The notes beneath the pieces were generated by a model. That model did not search any database. It saw nothing but the letters and a program-made list of their open reading frames with translations, and was not told the DNA's origin. Below are positions 59,625 through 64,000 of a DNA stretch of 64,000 bases, piece by piece. The translations under genes were made by a program, and so were the position numbers. Position 1 is the first letter of the stretch, and the number at the start of each line of letters is the position of its first letter. Source of the DNA: an uncultured Bacteroidota bacterium (GTDB lineage: Bacteria; Bacteroidota; Bacteroidia; Bacteroidales; DTGW01); contig CAWKPE010000010.1 in the NCBI GenBank assembly GCA_963851385.1, positions 199,269-263,268 of the forward strand, given 5' to 3'.

Positions 59625-60329
59625 ATGTCTGAAACACTATTTCATCAGTTGAATAATGATGTCCGTTTTCAGGAAGGGCTGAAGGCTTGTATTAACTGTG
59701 GAACTTGCACTGCCATTTGTCCGGCTGCACAGTTTTATGATTACGACCCCCGTTTAATTGCCGAAACTGTACAACGAAAAAATGAAAAAGAATTGGAAGA
59801 GTTGCTCAAAAGTGACACCATTTGGATGTGTGGCGAATGTATATCTTGCAAAACACGTTGTCCGAGAGACAACACACCCGGATATATAATTCAGGCTTTG
59901 CGGGCCTTATCTATTGAAACAGGTTATTTTATAGAATCAGAAAAAGGCAGGCAGCAATTGGCCATAAAACGCACTGTGGGTGAACACATCCTGCAATATG
60001 GATACTGCGTATATACTGATGAAATTGATACCGATATGTATCCCGAACAGGGACCTGTATGGGAATGGATAAAAAAACACCGGAAAGAAATTTCAAAACG
60101 ATTAAATACAAAATATAAACAGGAAGGTGCAGGAACATTGCGAAATATTCCGCAGGAATCACTTGCCGAGTTGCAAAAAATATTCGATAAAACTGGTGCA
60201 ACAGAACGTTTTGAAAAGATTGAACATTATTCTTCAATAAAGGCACAGGAAATGGGTATGGAAATAGGTTCAGGAACTAAAACAGAATATTTTAAACACG
60301 TTTACAATAACTCAAAGACAAACAAATGA
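59625..60329 (+). CDS. HdrC-like 4Fe-4S dicluster protein
   Basis: 234 aa with two cluster motifs, CINCGTCTAICP and CGECISCKTRCP. Confidence 0.7.
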   Translation: MSETLFHQLNNDVRFQEGLKACINCGTCTAICPAAQFYDYDPRLIAETVQRKNEKELEELLKSDTIWMCGECISCKTRCPRDNTPGYIIQALRALSIETGYFIESEKGRQQLAIKRTVGEHILQYGYCVYTDEIDTDMYPEQGPVWEWIKKHRKEISKRLNTKYKQEGAGTLRNIPQESLAELQKIFDKTGATERFEKIEHYSSIKAQEMGMEIGSGTKTEYFKHVYNNSKTNK

Positions 60330-61396
60330 AATACGAATCTAATAAGCGTGTTTGGTCAGCTTATCAGAAAGATATAGCTGATGACCATTATTATTTTGCC
60401 CGAAGCTGTGTCCGTCAAAACTTTTTCCCGGCTGCTGAAGGTGTTTTTCTTAAAATTCTCAGGGATGAGTTAAGCAAAGATATTTATGATGACCCTAAGC
60501 AAACCACCTGTACCGGTATTGCTTACCATTCCGGTATTTTGCCGTTGGAAACTACCATGACGGTTGTTGCCCGCCAGTTTGCCTTAATGAATGAGGCAGG
60601 TTATGAGAATTTCGTTTGTTCCTGTGTGACATCATTCGGCATTTACATCGAAGTTCTCAATACATGGCAGCAATTTCCTGAAACAGAAAAAAAGACGCGT
60701 GAAATTTTAAAACAGACAACTGGAAAGAATTTTCAAATTCCTAAAAACCTTGTTCATGCCAGCGACATAATTTACAAATATCGTAAGGAAATATTCTCTA
60801 AATCCAAATACACTCTTACAAATCCAAATACTGGCCAGCCTCTTAAAGTTGTTGAACACATCGGTTGTCATTATGCTAAAATATTTCCTGAACAAGGTGT
60901 TGGCGGAGCAGAGTTTCCAAAAGTCCTGTCAGGATTGATTGACGATTGGGGCGGACAACAGGTTGATTATCCCGAGCGTCGTCATTGTTGTGGTTTTGGA
61001 TTTAGGCAATATCTTGTAAAAGCCAATCGCGGTTATTCCATTGCCAATTCCAAACGCAAATTCGATTCCATGAAACCTTTCAAACCCGATTTGATTATTG
61101 CCAATTGTCCCGGTTGTACTTTTTTTCTCGACCGCTGGCAATATGTAATAGCTGAAATGGAAGGTACGACTTATGGGGAAAATGGTTTTGGAATACCCGT
61201 ACTTACTTATGAAGAGCTTGCTGGTTTATTACTGGGTTACAATCCCTGGGATATTGGGTTACAGGTTCACCAGGTTTCGGCTGAACCCTTGCTTGATAGA
61301 ATGGGAATTAAATTTAATCCTGGCGATAAGTATAAAGGAAAAAATAACGAAAATTTGGGACAACCTGAAAAACCAAAAGTGTTAAAAGTAAATTAA
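60326..61396 (+). CDS. HdrB-like protein with CCG domain
   Basis: 356 aa. The C-terminal CCG motif counted by hand is C-x39-CC-x38-CxxC (GCHYAK...RRHCCGFG...NCPGC). It overlaps the upstream gene by 4 nt. Confidence 0.7.
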   Translation: MKYESNKRVWSAYQKDIADDHYYFARSCVRQNFFPAAEGVFLKILRDELSKDIYDDPKQTTCTGIAYHSGILPLETTMTVVARQFALMNEAGYENFVCSCVTSFGIYIEVLNTWQQFPETEKKTREILKQTTGKNFQIPKNLVHASDIIYKYRKEIFSKSKYTLTNPNTGQPLKVVEHIGCHYAKIFPEQGVGGAEFPKVLSGLIDDWGGQQVDYPERRHCCGFGFRQYLVKANRGYSIANSKRKFDSMKPFKPDLIIANCPGCTFFLDRWQYVIAEMEGTTYGENGFGIPVLTYEELAGLLLGYNPWDIGLQVHQVSAEPLLDRMGIKFNPGDKYKGKNNENLGQPEKPKVLKVN

Positions 61397-61415
61397 CAAT
61401 TTAAAAGTAATATTT

Positions 61416-61808
61416 ATGGAAATAACATTCGACGGTGGTAAAGTGATAACCGCACATTTAAACGATCACATAATAAAAACCGACCAACCTGAATCTGCAG
61501 GTGGTAAAAATTTAGCCCCTACACCCTTTGAATTATTCTTGGCATCATTAGGAACTTGTGCAGGTATTTATGTAAAATCGTTTTGTGATACACGGAATAT
61601 TCCATCGGATAACTTAAAAATAATACAATCCATGGAATACGATGGTCATGGTTTACCTGCAAATATCAAAATTGACATACAATTACCTGACAATTTTCCG
61701 GAAAAATATATTGATTCTGTAATCAATGCTGCCGAATTGTGCAAAGTGAAAAAGACAATTGCAAGTCAGCCTAAAATTCAGGTAATATCAACTAAAACAA
61801 AACAATGA
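61416..61808 (+). CDS. OsmC-family peroxiredoxin-like protein
   Basis: 130 aa, ...APTPFELFLASLGTCAGIYV... Confidence 0.75.
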   Translation: MEITFDGGKVITAHLNDHIIKTDQPESAGGKNLAPTPFELFLASLGTCAGIYVKSFCDTRNIPSDNLKIIQSMEYDGHGLPANIKIDIQLPDNFPEKYIDSVINAAELCKVKKTIASQPKIQVISTKTKQ

Positions 61809-62449
61809 ACGAATTTGACAGCAAAGCCCGTGAATGGGACAATAGCCCTATTCACTGGGAGCGCTCCGAAGCAGTTGCCAGACACCTGATTGAAATGGTT
61901 ACTCTAAGCAAGGACATGAAAGCTCTGGAATTTGGAGCCGGAACAGGAATTCTCAGCTTTTTATTGCATGATCATTTTTCTGAAATTATCTTGATGGATA
62001 GTTCTCAAGAGATGGTAAAAGTAATTCAAGAAAAAGTGTCTAAAACAAAGACGAAAAACCTCAAACCTTTATTTTTCGCTCTTGAACATTCCGATTACAA
62101 GGCCCAAAAATTTGATTGTATATTTTCACAAATGGTATTGCATCATATTAAAGATATTGAAGTTATTTTCAATAAGTTTTATTCTCTGCTAAATCCTGAA
62201 GGATATTTGGCCATTGCCGACTTATACACCAAAGACGGTTCGTTTCATGGACCGGATGTTGAAGTGCATCGGGGTTTTGACCCGGACAAGCTTGCCGAAA
62301 TCCTTAGCCTTAAAGGGTTTAAAAATATCGAATACAGAACTTGTTTCGAAATAAAACGTGAACCTGGTGAAAAATTTCCTCTATTTTTATTGGTAGCTCA
62401 AAAGTTAATACAAGACTTAGATACTCTTTCATATAGTCGCATTTCCTAA
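61805..62449 (+). CDS. class I SAM-dependent methyltransferase
   Basis: 214 aa, motif I ALEFGAGTGILS. It overlaps osmC-like by 4 nt. Confidence 0.75.
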   Translation: MNEFDSKAREWDNSPIHWERSEAVARHLIEMVTLSKDMKALEFGAGTGILSFLLHDHFSEIILMDSSQEMVKVIQEKVSKTKTKNLKPLFFALEHSDYKAQKFDCIFSQMVLHHIKDIEVIFNKFYSLLNPEGYLAIADLYTKDGSFHGPDVEVHRGFDPDKLAEILSLKGFKNIEYRTCFEIKREPGEKFPLFLLVAQKLIQDLDTLSYSRIS

Positions 62450-63144
62450 CCTTTTTCACTAATCTGCATAAGCATTTTGTGGTTCAAAATAGTAATATTT
62501 CGACCGTCAATTTTGATTATTTTCTCGTTATGAAAATCAGTTAATATGCGACTTATTCCTTCCCTTGAAATTCCGGTAAAATCGCCAAAATCCTGTCGTG
62601 AAATAGGGAGTATGAATGTGTCATTTTGATAAACTTCCTTTGAGAAAAATAAAATAGCATCGGAAATACGGGCAATGTTTTGCTTCTGAATATTATTTAT
62701 GTTATTATGGAAATTCAATAGCTCATCTTTGCTCAAATCTAAAATAATCTGGTATGCAAACTCACCATTTTGATAAATAAAATTTTTAAAAATGGTTACA
62801 TCAATAAAACATACTGTTGTTTTTTCAAGCGCAGTAACCGAAAAGTGATGGACCTTATCACCAAAATTACTTGGAAGGCACAAATATGCTGGTGCTCTTG
62901 ATATTTTCATAATTTGCTCCTTAATAGGCCCTCTAAGATGTATTTTAACCAATCCCGATTTAATATAAGCCACATTTGTTGAAAGGGTATCTTGCTTTAT
63001 AATAATATCACCGGATTCAAACGTTACCTCAGCGCAATTAACGCCCATCACATCTAACTCTATGTCGTTCAGTTTTTGCGCTGCGAACGATTTTAAATTA
63101 CATTGCTTACAGGTCATAGTTGCGTTTTTAATTATACTATGCAA
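62446..63144 (-). CDS. Crp/Fnr-family transcriptional regulator
   Basis: 232 aa with a cNMP-binding-like beta-roll and C-terminal HTH (...RQDFGDFTGISREGISRILTDF...). An N-terminal CxxC (MTCKQC) is present. An alternative start is M10 at 63117. Confidence 0.8.
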   Translation of the reverse strand: MHSIIKNATMTCKQCNLKSFAAQKLNDIELDVMGVNCAEVTFESGDIIIKQDTLSTNVAYIKSGLVKIHLRGPIKEQIMKISRAPAYLCLPSNFGDKVHHFSVTALEKTTVCFIDVTIFKNFIYQNGEFAYQIILDLSKDELLNFHNNINNIQKQNIARISDAILFFSKEVYQNDTFILPISRQDFGDFTGISREGISRILTDFHNEKIIKIDGRNITILNHKMLMQISEKG

Positions 63145-63161
63145 ATTAAGAAAAAATTAAT

Positions 63162-63183
63162 ATATGTGAGCTATCTCACATAT
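63162..63183. promoter_or_regulatory. 22-bp palindrome containing TGTGA-N6-TCACA (Crp-type box)
   Basis: ATATGTGAGCTATCTCACATAT read directly. It lies in the divergent spacer between the crp/fnr-like gene and the TonB-dependent receptor gene. Confidence 0.6.
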
Positions 63184-63382
63184 AGTTGTGCACATATTCA
63201 CATAATTGTTTGCAACAACATAACAATATTAAGAATATTTTTGATTCAATTCATTTATTGCCCTTTGAAAAAATCCAATATACAATAAAATGAACAAATT
63301 GATGAATTTATTTTAGAATATTAACAAAAAAACCGTGCACCTTTTTTTTAAAACATTTCCAAAAATAACTTTTTCATATATA

Positions 63383-64000
63383 ATGTTTTTTTATTGCTCT
63401 TTTTCTTGGGGACAGAACATAATAATTGGGAAGGTATTTGGCAAAGTAATTGACAAACAATCACAAATATCTATGCCGGGTGTGAATGTTGTTGTGTATT
63501 CTCAGGGAAAGTCTAACGGTATTACTACTGACAATGAAGGACAATTTAGTTTGGATAATATCCCCGTTGGTCGTTTTAATATTGAATTCAGTTTTATTGG
63601 ATATGAAAAAATAGCTATTCAAAATGTTAATTTAACCTCAGCTAAAGCCGTCTTTTTAAACATTGAGATGCTTGAAAAAGTTGAGAAATTGGATGAGGTG
63701 TTCGTAAAAGCATATTCGAAAGATAAAACAATAAATGAATTTGCAACAATAAGCACACGTACATTTTCTATTGAAGAAACCAATAAATATGCCGGAAGCT
63801 GGGGCGATCCTGCCCGCATGGCTTCAAATTATGCAGGTGTACAAACAGCCGGAGACCAAAGAAATGACATAATAATACGTGGTAATTCACCAACTGGCCT
63901 TTTATGGCGTTTAGACGGCGTTGTAATTCCAAATCCGAACCATTTTGGCACATTTGGCACCACAGGCGGGCCTATCAGTATTCTTAACAATAATCAACTT
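63383..64000 (+). CDS. TonB-dependent receptor, N-terminal part (carboxypeptidase-regulatory-like domain + plug start), runs off window end
   Basis: Hand translation gives MFFYCSFSWGQNIIIGKVFGKVIDKQSQISMPGVNVVVYSQGKSNGITTDNEGQFSLDNIPVGRFNIEFSFIGYE...DEVFVKAY...IIIRGNSPTGLLWRLDGV... Absent from the ORF track because there is no stop in the window. The start is uncertain because the signal peptide is short. Confidence 0.75.
   Translation, partial: MFFYCSFSWGQNIIIGKVFGKVIDKQSQISMPGVNVVVYSQGKSNGITTDNEGQFSLDNIPVGRFNIEFSFIGYEKIAIQNVNLTSAKAVFLNIEMLEKVEKLDEVFVKAYSKDKTINEFATISTRTFSIEETNKYAGSWGDPARMASNYAGVQTAGDQRNDIIIRGNSPTGLLWRLDGVVIPNPNHFGTFGTTGGPISILNNNQL

Noticed and set aside
1-64000. rRNA and tRNA genes
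   Set aside because: I looked for T-loop-like GGTTCGAAT/GTTCAAATC strings and rRNA-like GC-rich blocks and saw none. This is an eye scan only, so a covariance-model scan should confirm it.

Overview
AT-rich segment that looks like a Bacteroidota chromosome. The pointers are T9SS sorting domains, TTTG/TAnnTTTG promoter boxes, DUF4290-murA synteny and the ribosomal gene order. All calls come from hand reading, hand translation and hand alignment; no searches were run.

(1) 1-17.6 kb, minus strand: the complete str/S10/spc/alpha ribosomal supercluster, rpsL-rpsG-fusA-rpsJ ... secY-map-infA-rpmJ-rpsM-rpsK-rpsD-rpoA-rplQ.

(2) 17.8-21.4 kb: a divergent EF-G paralogue. Its 3' end, a downstream MITE and the terminator are duplicated as ~370-bp direct repeats around a PIN toxin/antitoxin cassette. 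I rate this the most interesting structure in the window.

(3) 21.6-28.2 kb: surface and secreted proteins. These are a tail-fibre-like protein, a HEAT-repeat protein, a C39-like peptidase with a T9SS type A domain, and a T9SS type B cargo.

(4) 28-34 kb: a repeat-filled spacer, then a UvrD-family helicase, DUF4290 and murA.

(5) 34-55 kb: stress, detoxification and glycan genes.
- cupins, an aldo/keto reductase, YceI and an AraC regulator
- a GH130 / GT4 / GH130-like cluster
- cbpA-cbpM, Usp and MarC
- a GT39-like plus ICMT-like membrane pair
- a GH12 lipoprotein and a cold-shock protein
- a decayed B12/radical-SAM gene, plus lmo0937-like and CsbD-like small proteins

(6) 55-64 kb: an SPFH protein, then a redox island (peroxiredoxin, DUF134, 2x NifX-like, thioesterase, phosphatase, HdrC/HdrB-like, OsmC, methyltransferase, Crp/Fnr), then the start of a TonB-dependent receptor.

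Cross-cutting observations:
- There are at least four families of REP/MITE-like repeats. One has perfect 10-bp target duplications.
- A four-copy cis-motif lies next to the AraC gene and upstream of three other loci (a radical-SAM gene and small stress genes).
- Many single-base frame disruptions occur, including in the essential genes rpsH, rplP, fusA, rpsL and murA. These most likely reflect uncorrected indel errors.

I saw no rRNA, tRNA, CRISPR array, integrase or transposase. I could not identify a clearly novel multi-gene system with confidence, so candidates are ranked honestly below.
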